A DNA stretch of 64,000 nt. Origin: Psilocybe cubensis (lineage: Eukaryota). The position numbers and the translations under genes are program-made. Location: contig CM038999.1 of the NCBI GenBank assembly GCA_017499595.2, positions 310,001 through 374,000 on the forward strand. The letters are read 5' to 3'. The notes below the pieces were generated by a model. That model did no database searches and was not told where the DNA came from. It saw only the letters and a program-made list of their open reading frames with translations. Positions 13,148 to 27,428 of the stretch are shown here, in pieces; position 1 is the stretch's first letter; every line of letters begins with the position of its first letter.

Positions 13148-16100
13148 ATGCAAAGTGGAGGAGTGGATACAAATGCCCCTCATAATGCTACACTCGAAAA
13201 CAGATCCATATCTTATTTTACTGGATCAGAAAATGTTACTGTCAATAATTCTACCTTCACCGCGGTTTCGGGAGACTACTACGTTCTCGAAAAGGGACAT
13301 GATACCGAAGGTGACTGATTTCATAGTTTTATTTGCTTATGGCCATCAGCTCATCCGATACTGTGTATTGGTATCGATTATTCTAACAGGCCTTCGAGTA
13401 CTAAGTCAAACAATTTCCCATGGTGCCATGTTTGACTCTGCTGAACGGTACCCTGTTGGGAAGTGTTACCCTGGTACACGGGAAGAGGTCCAAACCATCA
13501 TTCTTGATTGGATAAACGACCCAGATCCTGATGAACATGTGCTTTGGCTTTTTGGATCGGCAGGGGTTGGAAAGTCGTCTATCGCGCAAAGCATCGCAGA
13601 GATTGCTAGGGATTTAGGCAAACGATATGCCGCAAGCTTCTTCTTTGCGCGATCTGTTGCTGGACGTAACGGAGCGACAACACTTTTTCCGACTCTTGCT
13701 TATCAGATTGCCATACAAATTCCCGATGCTCGTGATCTTGTAAATGATGCTGTCTTAGCGGACCCCACTATAACGACCAAATCTTTGGATGTACAACTTC
13801 GAACGTTGATCATTGGTCCACTTTCATGTTTAACTTCCATTTCACACACCCCAACAGTCATTGTTGATGGCCTAGACGAATGTGGAAATTCTCAAACGCA
13901 ACGTGATGTCCTACGACTCCTTGCTAAGGCCATTACGGAGCATCGTGTCCCTCTTCGATTCCTTGTTGTAAGCCGCCCTGAGTACTGGATACGGACTGCG
14001 TTCGACGGGGATTTGTTAAATCACATTACCAAAAGAGTATCTCTGAGCGATTCCATCGACGCTGACAATGATATAAAGGCCTACCTCGAGGATGGTTTCA
14101 ATGAAATCTACACCAATAACCTAGATATCATGGCCTCCATAAACAAACCCTGGCCACCTCCGAATGTCATTACTCATCTCGTGAATGAGGCCTCTGGTCA
14201 GTTTATATATGCTACCACCATTCTCAAGTTTGTGGGTTCATCCTCAGATTTTTCTGATCCTCAAGCCCAACTGGATATGATCACGCAGCCTGGTCCTACT
14301 CGATCATCTGCGTTTGGAGAATTAGACAATCTCTACTCTACTATTCTTTCTCTGTATCCACGGCGGGACTCGCTTCTAGCAGTTCTCGGAGGCTTGATCA
14401 CAGGCTCAACTCCCAAGGCGATTGAACTGTTTCTTGGCGTGTCATCTGTCGAATTCCAATTGGTTCTTCGCGCTATCAGTGCTCTAGTCACTGTTAAAAT
14501 CTGGGATTTCTCCCCAGGTGAACCAGAGGTCGACGCGGTCTATGGGGATAGAGATCCTGAAGTATCCTTCTGCCACCTTTCTTTCCGTGAGTATTTACAA
14601 GACAAGAGTCGCTCAAGTCTATTTTGGGTCGATACACAAGCTTATGCTGGGAAGCTTATCGACGGTTTCAGTCAATCCGTTATCGAATGTATCGATGGGT
14701 CATCGCAGTATTTGTGCGTAGCCAATTTTGTCTTCTTCTCTACCGACTTATGGATATCCACAGTGATAAAATTACTATCGCAAAATTGGACCGTATGTGG
14801 CATGCCTTCTCAACAAAAACCATCTTTTTGGTAGAGCCAAGTGTCGTATACCGTCACATTCAACGCCTCGTCGATAAACTGTCGCAGCTCCAGGATAAAG
14901 AACATGATCATAAACTTGCATTCCCTCAGTACATTCTTCGTCACCTGGACTACGTGATGAACCTGGCACATGTGATCAATAATCCGTTCGATTTCTTTGA
15001 CACTAATCCTTTCGACACACCTGATCTGAAAACTTTGTTCTCGACTCTGCGACTCCTGTCCAAGGCTATTGCCTTTCGATGTATTGAGTACATCCTCTCT
15101 GAAGCTCAAAACAGGGATTTATTGACGAACGTGCTTTTGTACGTCCTTCTCTCCCATTCAATTACCTTGGATGACCTCGGGCGCATGCCAGGATGCAATC
15201 AACGCATGGCAAAGACATTTCTGCTGGATTATTGGTGCCTTGTAGCCTGTACTGATATCGAGGGCTCAGACAGCGATCGGGTATACTACAATTTACCCTC
15301 GGTGCAGTTGTATTTTGAAGAATCATTTCAAGGTGGTGAACGCACAGGGCTCCATGCTAAGGGGTTCCTTGTCACCTACAGGTGTCTTAAGCACCTTCTT
15401 TACCGCTACGATTACAATGAAAACTTTCCTCGTATTGTTGAGTAAGTCAACGACCTCTCAAATCAAACAATCCCAAGTTTATTGGTTTAATTATTCATAG
15501 ATCACGCTCATCCCTATTTCAGGATATCACATCTATCATCAATAACTTTCTCTCGGACATGAGGTTTTCAAACGTCGATACTGGAGAGCAATTTATTGAA
15601 TATGCTATAGAGTCCTTGATCACCTTTCTATGGGAATTCGACTGGACGCGTCTCAGGCTTGTTTTTGGTCACTACTTTACCGTTGCCGTAAGCATAGCGA
15701 ATTGGATTGACCGCCATCTAGCAAGTATTTTATATTTTGTTTTATTTTGCTCCCATCTGATGAAAATTTCAGACGGCAAAACATCGAGCTGATATGTTTG
15801 AAAGCATTTACCCTGGTTCTGTGTTCCAACTACAAGATGTAATGGAGCATATGTACGATGAAGTATTCCTTCCCACCTTCCAGGTGCCCTTCTTTTCAGA
15901 GCTCTCAGTTTACGATGCAAGCTGCATTCGTACTGTGATCCTCAAGCCCAGATGGGCGCATAACGGAAGATCTCTAGGATCAGTTATCCTAGATGAAGAA
16001 GAGCGTTGGGGAGTAGACGTGGACAATGTTTACATCCAAAGCTATATTTACACGAGAACGGGGGAATTGGACGGTATCCTCTCCAGAGCCGGCTATCTCG

Positions 16101-16552
16101 AGCACGATCAAGACTGGTATACCACTCTTCTTGAATTCTACCTCAACACCCTTGTTAAACGAGTCTACCATTCCCTTCATCCCGAATTTCAGTCGTACGC
16201 ACTGCTAGTCAATTCCACGGAGGTGGTAATGGGCTTGGTGCATCGCGTCGACAGTCTCACGGAAAAAATGGTGAAAGCTTTGATGGCATTGTATTATCTA
16301 TCACAGCAAGCAGAACCCAAAGCCATATGGTCTCCAACGCATCTATTCTGTTCCGAAATAATTAAATTACTACAGGTACGCCAATACAATCTAGTGTTTA
16401 ACTTGAACGCGCTCATCACATCTTCACATCAGAGGGGTGATCCTTCTAGCTTTATATCATCCCAGGAAATATCCTATCTAATCAGGTGGCTCATCGCAAT
16501 AGACCAGGAAGGTCCTGATTCATGCACCACCATCGAGTCTTGCAATCCTTAG
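13148..16552 (+). CDS. NACHT-type fungal NLR-like protein with short N-terminal motif and non-repeat C-terminus
   Basis: Exon 1 MQSGG..SYFTGSENVTVNNSTFTAVSGDYY splices (13311-13389) to AMFDSAER..CYPGTR; P-loop WLFGSAGVGKS; FFF; Walker B IVDGLDEC; SRPE; ASGQFIYA; HLSFREYL. Confidence 0.92.
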
Positions 16553-16793
16553 TAAGGAGCAAAGTGAGTAAATAGCCTTTCAAATTGATATGTACAATAA
16601 TCTAACGTACAAAATATCATTCGACAAATATACAACCGTGTTATTATATAGTATAAGGGTAGTCCAATACATGAGTCGCTGGGAAATCATTTAGCAATAG
16701 CAAGGATTTGCGTATAGAACGAGTATCATAAAGATTTGGAAGTCCGTGGTGGCATTAATTAAGAGGCTACGTTGTACCCGGAGTCGGAGGGAT

Positions 16794-18710
16794 CTACTCC
16801 TGAATGGAAAGCGGGAATTCGAAAGTGTCATGAGGATCGTATTTATCTTTTAAACTCCTAAGCTTGGGATAATGAGAGGCGTAATACAGGTTTTGCCCTA
16901 GAAAGGTAAACATATGAATGTCAAACTCGCTCAACGCTCGGTAGGATGTACCGAAGTCAGCAAATAATGATGGGTGCTTACAGTTTTGAAGTTTATCATC
17001 AATGTAATTTGTATAGGCGCCATAGTCCCACCCTTTGGGATTGTTCTTGACGATGGAGTCCACCATATCTATAACGAAAAGTCCAAAATGAGATTGTATA
17101 TTTCGTGTACGCGTAACTATTATCCCACGTACCGTCCAGCAGATTAAACCCTTGACTCGGGAATGGGGGTACACCTCCGGGTGCAGACGTGTAAAATTGA
17201 ATCGTAAACATGGAGCTTCGACGAGCAAACGCTGTGGCATCCAAAGGTACGTTGTTTATCGCCGAATTCGTGCCGCCGTAAAGCTCGATTTCAACAAACC
17301 AGTCCTGCGAGAAACAATCAATTTGAAGCTTCCAATTGTTGAGGAGCTTTAATTTTGTAAACTTGCCGTATTAGCCGTGAAACCTTCATTTGCGAGATAT
17401 GTGTAAAATGCGGTGAGAGATTTGTTTGACATTGGGGCGCTTTCGGGTGTCATTAGAGATTTTGCGTAGAAAGTATCATGTCCATCAGGAATTCCCGTCG
17501 TATTGAGTCGTCCAATTCCACCGAAGAACTGTACGCTATCAATATAACTTCCATTGATCACCGTAGCACTTTGCGGCTTTGGCAAATTTTTGAGGTACGG
17601 CTGAAGAGCAGCATCGTATTGATCTGCCGGAGCGTACCATCCGCCCGTCAAACCAAATGAGATGCGCCCTTTGGAGGAGCCAGCACCGAGGACAATTTCC
17701 GACCCCATTTCTTGCGGAAGGTTAGGTGAGACAACGTAGGCTTGGAAGGCGGCCGTCGCAGCTACGGCTTCAGATACACTGAAATCCCATTGATACTCAA
17801 AGGAAGTAGTAGAAGGAGGTGCTGCAAAGGTGTTGGTATGAATTGTGGTCACTATTCCGAATGACGAGGAGGAACCGCGAAGGGCCTACGAAAGTGCATC
17901 ATTGTTATTACCAAGAAAATTAAATTAAAGTCATGGAAACCCACCCAGAATAAATCGGAATGCTTCGAGTTAGAGACACCGTTGAGAATTGTCCCGTCGG
18001 CGAGTACAACATCAATGGCTTGGATAGTATCCAAAGTGAGCCCCCATTTTCGTGAGGTAAACCCATATCCACCGTGGCCTGAAGAAAGTGAAACATTGTT
18101 ATATTGAAGCCGGTGAAGACTGTAACAACATGTGTACACTCACCAGAATGCCCGCCAACACCTACATATGGGCAAGTCCCATGCGGCAACGCTCTTCCAT
18201 GCGCGTTAAGGGCCAAAGCGACGTCCCCTAATCGATTTCCTACGCCAATGCTCGCCACCTTGGTCTGGGAGTCGACAGTTACAGTTTTGAAATTGCTCAT
18301 GTCGACGACGACGACTCCGTCTTTACCACCAAGACCATTGGCAATATAACTGTGACCTCCGGATCGAGCGACGGCCTGGTGATTATACTTGGTAGTCAAC
18401 GACAAGATGGTTGATATTTGCTGAGGTGTGGTGGGATAGGCAACGGCAGCAGGCTTAAATGTAAATCTCAGGTTGACTGCAGAAACGTTTAAACCAGGTA
18501 CGTAGCAGTAGTTGGGACTTGCTTACATGCCGTGCTAGCATTTGCATAACCCGGACTGGAAGGCGTGAGCACTGTAAAATTGCTTTTCGAAGTGAGGTCG
18601 GATATAAGATCTCCATGAGCTGGCTGGATACTGCTGAGTATACAGCAGATTGCTGTTCCCCAGAGGATAGTCAGAGAAGAGGATGTTGAACGAAGAATAG
18701 CTGGCCTCAT
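16794..18710 (-). CDS. Secreted BBE-like / AA7 FAD oxidase (paralog 2)
   Basis: N-terminal hydrophobic leader; [51 protein letters not shown]; frame recoverable across introns. Confidence 0.93.
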
Positions 18711-19847
18711 GCTAACGTTCAAAGACTCCAGTCGATAACCAGGGCAGTAACAAGGCTCATTTATACCCAGAAAGATGATACATTGATCTGTTATGCATCG
18801 TTGCTTCATTCTACTCCATCCATATTCTTTATTCGATAAACAGATGCACCCGGCAGTAGAACACCGCATACATTCTATGGTGATTTATTAGGCGCTGTAT
18901 ATTTTTAGAAAGCTTCAAAAGGTTGATGTCAATACGCGTCCGATAGCCTCGGGGAACTCTTTTAAATGACGGAGTATTATCTATTTGATATCATGACAAT
19001 GTAGTAGGCTTAGTGCACCAAGCAATTGGAGTCGAGAAAGCAGGGGTGTACTGAAATTCCAGCTGGTTGTTCAAGGTCTTATCTCTTGCAGCACTTCCAG
19101 GGGATGGAGACCTGGAAGTAGTTGATAAGGATATTCATCAAAGTGGATACTTGAAACTAGCTAATGCCATCGTGCTTTCGTAAAAGACGGCGGAAATGCT
19201 GGATGAGCACTTACCAGCGGGGAACCTGCTAAAGACGGTGTACGGGAATAGCGGGCAGATTTTTTGGGTTTCAGAGCCTATACATTGACGGCCTTTCAGC
19301 CTGGCAAACATTCTGGCGCAGTATAATAGTACGGCGCTTTACGATCTCTATTGAGACTGGATATCCGAAGGGGCAAGTCGGCCGAAAGGAGAAGAAAGGG
19401 GAAAGAGACTCTGCTAGTTTTCGGGTCACTCGAATAACTCCAAAAAAAACTTTGAAGGCCGGGTCACTCATAACCAGAGAGTCTGTTAAAGAAACAGGGA
19501 ATCTTAGGAGCTGCGACTATGCACCAACATCCAGTGAGCAATGTACCGTCCATAGATGTGCTCTTTAAATATTTACTGCTGAGACAATAATCCCAATTTT
19601 CCTATGGGAGCATCTTCTATCCTGTTCCAGAGACGCGGAACTCGCTAGTATATCAGGCTAGCTGTCTTGAAGATCTAAAACTCATTACGAGGCGTGCTAT
19701 GACCTCGGTGCACATATTGAACTAAGTATTTCTTTAACCTTGTCATGGTTTCCCGGCGGGGATGAAGCCTTTTGACTTCGTTAGCATTACAGAATCTTTA
19801 TCAAGTCTGAATACGTCATAATAATGGCCCAAGCAGTCCGGACTAGT

Positions 19848-21672
19848 TCACTCCTGAATGGAAAGCGGAAAGTCGAATGTGTCATGGGGGTCGTATTTCC
19901 TTTTGATATTCCTAAGCTTAGGATAATGAGATGCGTAATATTTGAGTTGCCCTGCAAAGTGTCAACAACATTGAATTTGGGAGATAAAAAGCACCTACAG
20001 TCTTCAAGTCTATTATCAATGTAGTTTGCATATGCTCCATACTCCCGCCCCCTAGGGTTGTTGTCGACGATGGTGGCCACCATATCTACAAGAAAATCGA
20101 GGTTGAGGACTTGTTGAAGCTTGATAATAACGCGTACCATCAAGCAAGCCAAATCCTTCGACTGGAAACGGCGGCACTCCACCAATCGCAGACGTATAGA
20201 ACTGCATCGTGAACATAGTGTCTCGATGTCCAAACGCTGTCGCGTCGAAAGGGACATTGTTGATGGCTGAGTTTGTGCCACCGTAAAGCTCAATCTCGGC
20301 AAACCAGTTCTACAAATTTTGAGTTCCTGCACAATTGTACTTCAGAAAACGTACCGTATTTGCTGTAAAGGCGTCATTGGCAAGATATGTATAAAACGCA
20401 GTGAGAGATTCGTTTGAAAATGGCACGCTTTCGGGAATCATAAGAGATTTGGCGTAGAATGTATCATGCGCATCAGGAATCCCTGTCGTATTAAGCCTCC
20501 CCAGTCCACCAAAGAACTCTACACTGCCGATATAGGTCTCATTATGTACTGTAGCGGTTTGTGGACTCGGTAGCTGCGTTAAGTAGGGTTGGATGACGGC
20601 GTCGTACTGCTCCGGCGGAGCGTACCATCCACCAGTCAATCGGAATGAGACGCGCCCCTGGGTCGATCCTGCACGGAGAACAATCTCTGATCCCATTTCC
20701 TGCGGAAAATCTGGCGATACAACGTAGGATTGATACGCCATGGTAGCTGACACGGCTTCCGAAATGTTAAGGTCCCACCTGTATGAGAAGACAGTGGTCG
20801 ATGGAGGTGCGGCAAATGTGTTGGTGTGAATTGTGGTAACTATGCCGAACGAAGAAGATGAACCACGAAGGGCCTAAGGCCAGTTTCATTTCGTTAGAAA
20901 AAGATTTAAAATTCAAAGGTGCCTACCCAAAATAAATCAGGGAACTTTGAGTTGGAGACACCGTTGAGAATTGCTCCATTCGCAAGCACAACATCAATGG
21001 CTACGATTGTATCCAAAGTAAGACCCCATTTTCGTGAGGTGAATCCATATCCACCGTGGCCTGAAGGAAACGGGATATTGTTACTTTTTTTTATTGAATG
21101 CCATAGTCGCACTAACCGGAATGCCCACCAAGACCTACATATGGGCAAGTCCCATGCGGCAATGCTCTCCCGTATGTGTTCAACGCCAAAGCGACGTCTC
21201 CTAGTCGATTCCCTACTCCAATGCTTGCCACATTGGTCTCGGGATCCACCGTTACAGCTCTGAAATTACTCATATCGACGACGACGACTCCATCTTTGCC
21301 ACCAAGACCATTGGCAATGTAGCTGTGACCTCCGGATCGAGCAACAGCTTGGTGATTATACTTGGTAGTTAATGACAAGATGGTCGATATTTGCTGGGGA
21401 GTGGTAGGAAAGGTAACGGCAGCTGGGTTAAGCGTGAATCTCAGGTTGACTGTAATAATCCATTAGCATGATACGTTGGCATAAAATGGGATCCGCTCAC
21501 ATGCTGTGCTTGCATTGGCATAATTCTGGCTCGCGGGTGTGAGTACGGTAATATTCCCGCTCGAGGTGAGTTCAGATATGAGGTCTCCACTAGCAGGATG
21601 GATACTGGCAAGTATATAGCAGATTGTTACTCTCCAGAGGATAGTCAGAGAAGAACGACGAGTGGCTCTCAT
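19848..21672 (-). CDS. Secreted BBE-like / AA7 FAD oxidase (paralog 3, tandem duplicate of paralog 2)
   Basis: Same exon layout and motifs as 16794-18710 ([47 protein letters not shown]); TGA at 19848-19850. Confidence 0.92.
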
Positions 21673-22920
21673 CTTGTTCTCTGGGATGTTCGATCATGAA
21701 AGGACCGACAAAGAACAGTATAAATTTAAGAGAAATATTTGAGATGATAGATTGATGGTTTTCTTCTTGGTTCATTCTTTCCATAGTCATGAATGGGAAG
21801 CAGAGGTTCCTCTGCTTCCGTCTACCTTCTTTTCTGATTTCCACCGCTGCTTGGAGAGATTTGCAAGCGACGTCAATAAAACCCGAAAGGGCCGGGAGGT
21901 GTCATACCCTCCTCATTGACCATACGACTCGAGGTGAGGACTCATGAGATGTCCATTCCGCATCGCCTGGAACGGTTCTTTGTCAAGAAATTGCACGCAC
22001 TGCAATGTAAATGCTCACCATCCTCGATTCTTTGAGGACCGGCGGGCAGGGCTGATGTTTATTCCAAAATACAAGGGTTGATGTGAACGCATGGTTTGTG
22101 CTCAGCAGGATACACCGTTTCTAATTTTATACATATGACATCTTATGATGCAATTCATTTCGATTTGGATTGTTCAATCGGGAGGGAAAATCTATTAGTG
22201 ACATGTTCACACTGCATAGTTCTAAGGCTTGCGAGTGCTTTGTTTTGAAACTGTTGCTCCGACATCGTACTAATCTTTCAATCAGAATCAATAACCATGA
22301 ATTTTGCAACCGTCGAATCTGTAAGGGATAATTGGGCACTGTGCTGCAGATTGAACCGACGAGGGGTTCAGTTTTAGTATGTTTAATCAGCTTCAACCGC
22401 CAAGCCACCTACCATCATTGTTGTAATGTCTACTCAATGATAACGCTCCTCATTGTTGTAATTATATCTACTCAATAACGCTCCATAGCTTGACATATCT
22501 GGAAGAAAACCTTGATTATGCCAAATATAAAGTCACCTGTGCGCTCGGAGTGTCAGCCTAATTGTATATCCACTGCCAGATGCATATCGCTTCATCAGCA
22601 CATGGTTGAACCGCGGCATAACTATTGCTTGTCTTCTCTTTTTTTAAGCCTTCAACATCGAGTAATTAACAGAATTTTGCTTCATCAATTAACTTGAGTC
22701 AATTTTATCATTTCTGGGCGCTGAATGTGTCTTACAAAATTGGAGTATTAGAATAATCAGCGGTCCGTGGCATACTCCATCGTTTGTCTTTAATGATACA
22801 TATCAGTTAATGATCTTGACAGTTTGACAGTACCCCCACAACGTTGGGTGTGCGCTATGCATCGTGGCTAGTATATCTTTTCTGCATGTCGTTCAGCATC
22901 CATTCTTCCTTCGCCCGACC

Positions 22921-24175
22921 ATGACAAACCATCTCAGCAGCGAGGCCGCACAAGTTATCGGGCTTTTTGTCGAAGCTACACTCTATGGAGTATATATCGT
23001 GTCATTTGGCTTTCTGTTGTTTTATATACTCTTCGCAGAGTCTCCAAAGAGACGATGGAGATGGCCAACGGGTATGCGAGCAGTAACTTTGGCTGTAGCT
23101 GTCATTCTAGCCATAAACTCGACACTGAATCTGTCGCTGGGTCTGAGGCGCATGATGCAGACCTACGTTTATAAGACAGAGTCACAGGGTCCGACGTGGA
23201 TAGATCTTGCAAAGGTAAGTACATGAATGGATGCCTCGCAAAGCGATATTCTGAATATTTTACAAGCCATATACAGTCACTTTGCAGACTTTGATAGCAG
23301 ATATATTCCTGGTAAACTGTACTATACATTGTGGACTAACTTCCCTGAGCTCATAAGATTGTTTAGACGTATCGCTGCTGGGTTGTTTACGGAAAAATCT
23401 GGACTGTTGCTATATTTCCAATCTCTCTGAGTTTGGGTAGCCTGGCACTGTATACTTGGACAATGGTGATGCAGACACAGATCACTCTGAATGGATCTGT
23501 GACTGTTGAATTCAAGGCCTCTCGAATATTGGCGCCTCTGTACATTGCTCAATTTGCGCTAACGACTGCTCTGAATATTTATACAACCTGTAAGTCATCC
23601 CGGGCCTGTTTGGATACACTTATACGAACAGACACGTAGCATTCATTGTTTATCGGATTGCGAAAATGGATAGGGCAATACCTCACAGTCAATCCTCAAC
23701 AACCTGTTCTGCTCAATCTGGAACCCACCTTGGACATGATTATCCAGACCAACTAAAACATGTCAGCCGAATAGTGATCGACTCGGCCATTATCTATACA
23801 GCAGTCTGCGTCATGACGTTCGCGAGCTACAAAAGTAGTGTACAATATATCACTTCTGCTGTGGTATGTCGCCCAACATTTCATGCCAGAAGATTTGAAG
23901 ACGAGTGATCTCCTTAGGACATAATCGCAATCGGAATCGTGTTTAACATGATCGTCATACGTCTCGCCCTGGAACGATCAAGAGCTCAAAGATGCCAGTC
24001 GAAAGGGACTCTGAGCACTTTAAAATTCGACTCCTTCCCCAATCCTCAAGAAAGCGCCAGTTCCTCGACAGACACCAGATCGTTGAACACCATGAAGTTT
24101 TCCCCTGGCTCAGATGCGGACTCGGCATCAAATATCATGGAGACAGAAAAAGACGAGGATCGCAATGATGTTTAA
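22921..24175 (+). CDS. Agaricomycete 7TM (GPCR-like) integral membrane protein
   Basis: IGLFVEATLYGVY (first TM), AD..L|YRCWVVY, LNIYTT..IVYRI, IVIDSAIIY, FNMIVIR followed by a Ser-rich tail; 5 exons. Confidence 0.8.
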
Positions 24176-24248
24176 GTTGAGAGGCCACGACTTGGAAAAA
24201 TGTATAAATCTCAAACAAAACAAAACCTTGATATCATTGTGACAAAAT

Positions 24249-26754
24249 TTAATCAGCCTCGTAACGAGTTCCGAAGATGCCTTCTTCGATTGCCTTAATT
24301 TCTGTGACGGTCATCATATTAGATTAACTAATTCCCTCTTGTCAAGGATCTGCACACTTACGGAGAGTCAAGTGGGTAGAATGGAACCTGCATAACGCAA
24401 GGTTACCTGTAGGTCATCAAGGAGTTGAGCTAAACCAAAATTCCCTCCCACTTTAATAGGCCGCGGACAACTCACCCATCATATACCACAGCCCCGGAAC
24501 ACCGAGGCCTTTCCACGTCCCGTTTAGCTCCCCCTCTTTATCAAGACCCCATATCGGCTTGCATTTTTTGGCGACTTCTTCCCCACAGACCCTGGCGACG
24601 TGCTCCTTACAGTCCCCAAGTCTGGGTGACAAACAAATTAGTGGGTGGTAAATCGAAGAGATTAGTAGATAGTAGATTACCCGGTGGCGAATATCACCAC
24701 ATCGGCCGCTAATTCTGTTCCATTTTCAAACTTGAGGCCAGTCTCCGTGAAGTGAGAAATTTGGCTATCTGATTTTAGCTTGATTTTTCCGTCTGCGATA
24801 AGCTTGCTTGCGCCAGTATCTTTTTGCAAAAAATCATGTGAGCATTATTCTTATGATAAGTAGTAAGGCAGGACACACCAAGGTAGTAGCCTCCAGCCTT
24901 GCTCCAGGCTAGAAGTCCGAATCCGGTATCTAGAATGCCCATATTGGTCCGGAATCCGACCTTGTGCAGGGAGTCGAGAAGGTCCCTAGTTCGGCGTGTT
25001 AGAAGAAGCTTATGATATACTATACTCGATGAGCATACTTATCCAGATCCGCTATCTGTTTTGCAGCTCGCTGGTTCAGACCAACAGCCATATGGTGTGG
25101 GAAAGACGCAGACATGCGATCCACAATATCGGCGGGAGGCCCGCCTTCACAGTATCCTCCTAATAAAACGTTAGCACAAGGCCTAGAAGGAGTAAAGGAC
25201 AAAGTTCGCCTTTAAAAATGACATCCCATCCATTCTTTGTAGTCATGATATAGGTGGAACCGCGTTGAAACATTGTCACGTCTAGAACAGTGGATGTAAA
25301 GCAAAACGAAGAGAACGGATTCAACACGATGGCTTACCGACACCATGGTCGTAGTAATCCACGGCAATATCATGAGCTAAATATCAAAGGATGAGTCCAA
25401 TCACTACGGGGCCAAATATTTAAAGCCTAATGACCTGAGGTACAAGCGCCTACAATTATCACCTTCTTTCCTGCGTGATCCAAAGCACGCTTGTGCTGAC
25501 TCGAATGGAGAATCTGTCCCTTGAATGTGTCCTATATGATGCCAAAATTAATGAATTTGGTAGTTCAATGCTCAAACGAAATTTCACTAACCATTCCCGG
25601 GTACACGGGTGTGTTTGGGGTAGGACCACTCAATCCCGTACAGAATACGATGTGATTCACTACTAGCTTCCTCTCGGTACCATCCTGGCGTTTAATCGTC
25701 ACCTTCCATTTATTGGTACTCGGGTCTTGAACAGTTTCCGTAATATTAGCCGATGTCCAAACATTCAATTCCATTGCATCTGCATAGAACTCCAGCCAAT
25801 TTGCAAGCTGCGAAAATACATTGAGAAAATGAAATTCACATTCAGAACAAAAGTACTTTTTTAGCTGGAGCGTAAACTGGCCAAGTCGCAGGGAATCTGG
25901 CATGATGTCAGCGCTGGCAGGAACAGAAATAGAACGGTCCAAAACACCGACGGTATAAATGGCATGTGATCATACCCTGAGCAAAAAAAACAGGTAAACC
26001 CCATGACTCTACGTGCCTGTACCATGAGAGACTCACAGACTGGGTCATGTAAGCATAATGCTTCATATCTGTTTCGCCAATTGTCGCCAACCCTTGGGTT
26101 CTTGTCAATGATTAACGCCGACACGTCTAAAACCTTGAGCCTAGCTGCCACTTCCAGTCCACTTTGTCCTGCCCCGATAATGAGGACAGTGGGGTCTTTG
26201 TCCAAAAATTCCACTTCGCGCTGGCGCTCTGACTCCCACCTTCCATGATTGGGGTCCTGATCCCTCAAGGGACCTGACTTTTCAGGGAAGCCCGTCAAAT
26301 TCTCCAGGTTCGTGAATACAACATGCGCCTTCCACTCTCCATTTGGGGTGGGAACCAATCGAGCAATGCCGGATGCTCCACCGACGCCGGTCATGAAATC
26401 GAACATAAGGCTTATCCACACCAGATCTGGGTAGGGCTGCTGCAGGCCTACGAGTTCTTGACGGATCTTGAAGTCGTGCAGCTTCGACAATCCGAGGCGG
26501 TCAGTGAGGAACTTGGAAATTTTTTGTTTGCCTGAAAAGGTACGCAAATTCCAGGTTAGAGCGAGCATGTCGCGCCAAAAGGCGTCAGGGAGGAGTAGAG
26601 AGATTATCGCGTCGACATCGCCTTGAGTCGCAGCCGCGGAGAACGAAGCCAACCAATCATTGGCAATCTTTTTGGCATCTACGTCTAGTGAGACGGACGA
26701 AACACCAAGGTGGTCGAGCGTGGGGAGCGGTGCAGCAGGGAAGTCAGTTGCCAT
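24249..26754 (-). CDS. Flavin-containing monooxygenase (type II FMO-like, with N-terminal extension)
   Basis: FWRDMLALTW N-domain; FAD motif IIGAGQSG; GDNWRNRY..LHDPV; HSSQHKRA..KKVIIVGACTS; GGYYLD; VIFATG; many introns; TAA at 24249-24251. Confidence 0.92.
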
Positions 26755-27428
26755 GCTTGAATTGTATGTACCAACCAAGAAGAAGAGGGTGTAGAAAAAG
26801 CAGGGTTCGCCTTTTGTACTTGGGAAGATATTGCCCTGGGAATTCTTGCAGTCGGGTGAAGATTCTTCGGGAATCGTTCGATGCATTGGATTGATAGAAC
26901 GTGTGGCGGTAGGCCGAAGATCACTTGAAGATTACAGATACCCCATGAGGATTCTGATGCATTAAATTCTGACATTTTTGTATAATCAGGAAGAGATAGC
27001 TGAGTTGCACATCGTCCACAGAGTATAGGCAAACATTGTACCGTAAATGAATCGTAATTTAAGTTCAACGCTAGCAATCAGTAAATTGAATCATCTTTAC
27101 CAAAAATGTATTTACCTTTATTATTAATATACCTGTTCCTTGGGAAATATTAAGGAAATGATATCACGGTGGCGGGGTGAAGCCGCAAGCGGTTCTAATA
27201 TAAGAGATTTTCTGCGGGTATGCTAGAGTAAGCACAAGTGCCTGACTTTCAAGACTGCTGGAACTGACACTACATTGCTAGAACACCATAGAGAAGGTTC
27301 CATAACTGGATACAAAGCAAATTGGAACCAACGTTAGTTCGGCATATACCGTTGGGTGTAATTGAGGTTCACTTTAAGAACCCACCTGTCACCCAATCTC
27401 CCCACATTGCCCTGTTTCTACACCTCCA

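Noticed and set aside
19271-19471. ORF starting MSDP.. considered as an MSDIN-type cyclic peptide precursor
   Set aside because: No MSDINATRLP-like leader or conserved follower; no prolyl oligopeptidase nearby
22416-22484. Imperfect ~35-bp tandem duplication (CATTGTTGTAAT..TCTACTCAAT..AACGCTCC)
   Set aside because: Two-copy intergenic slippage with no further structure
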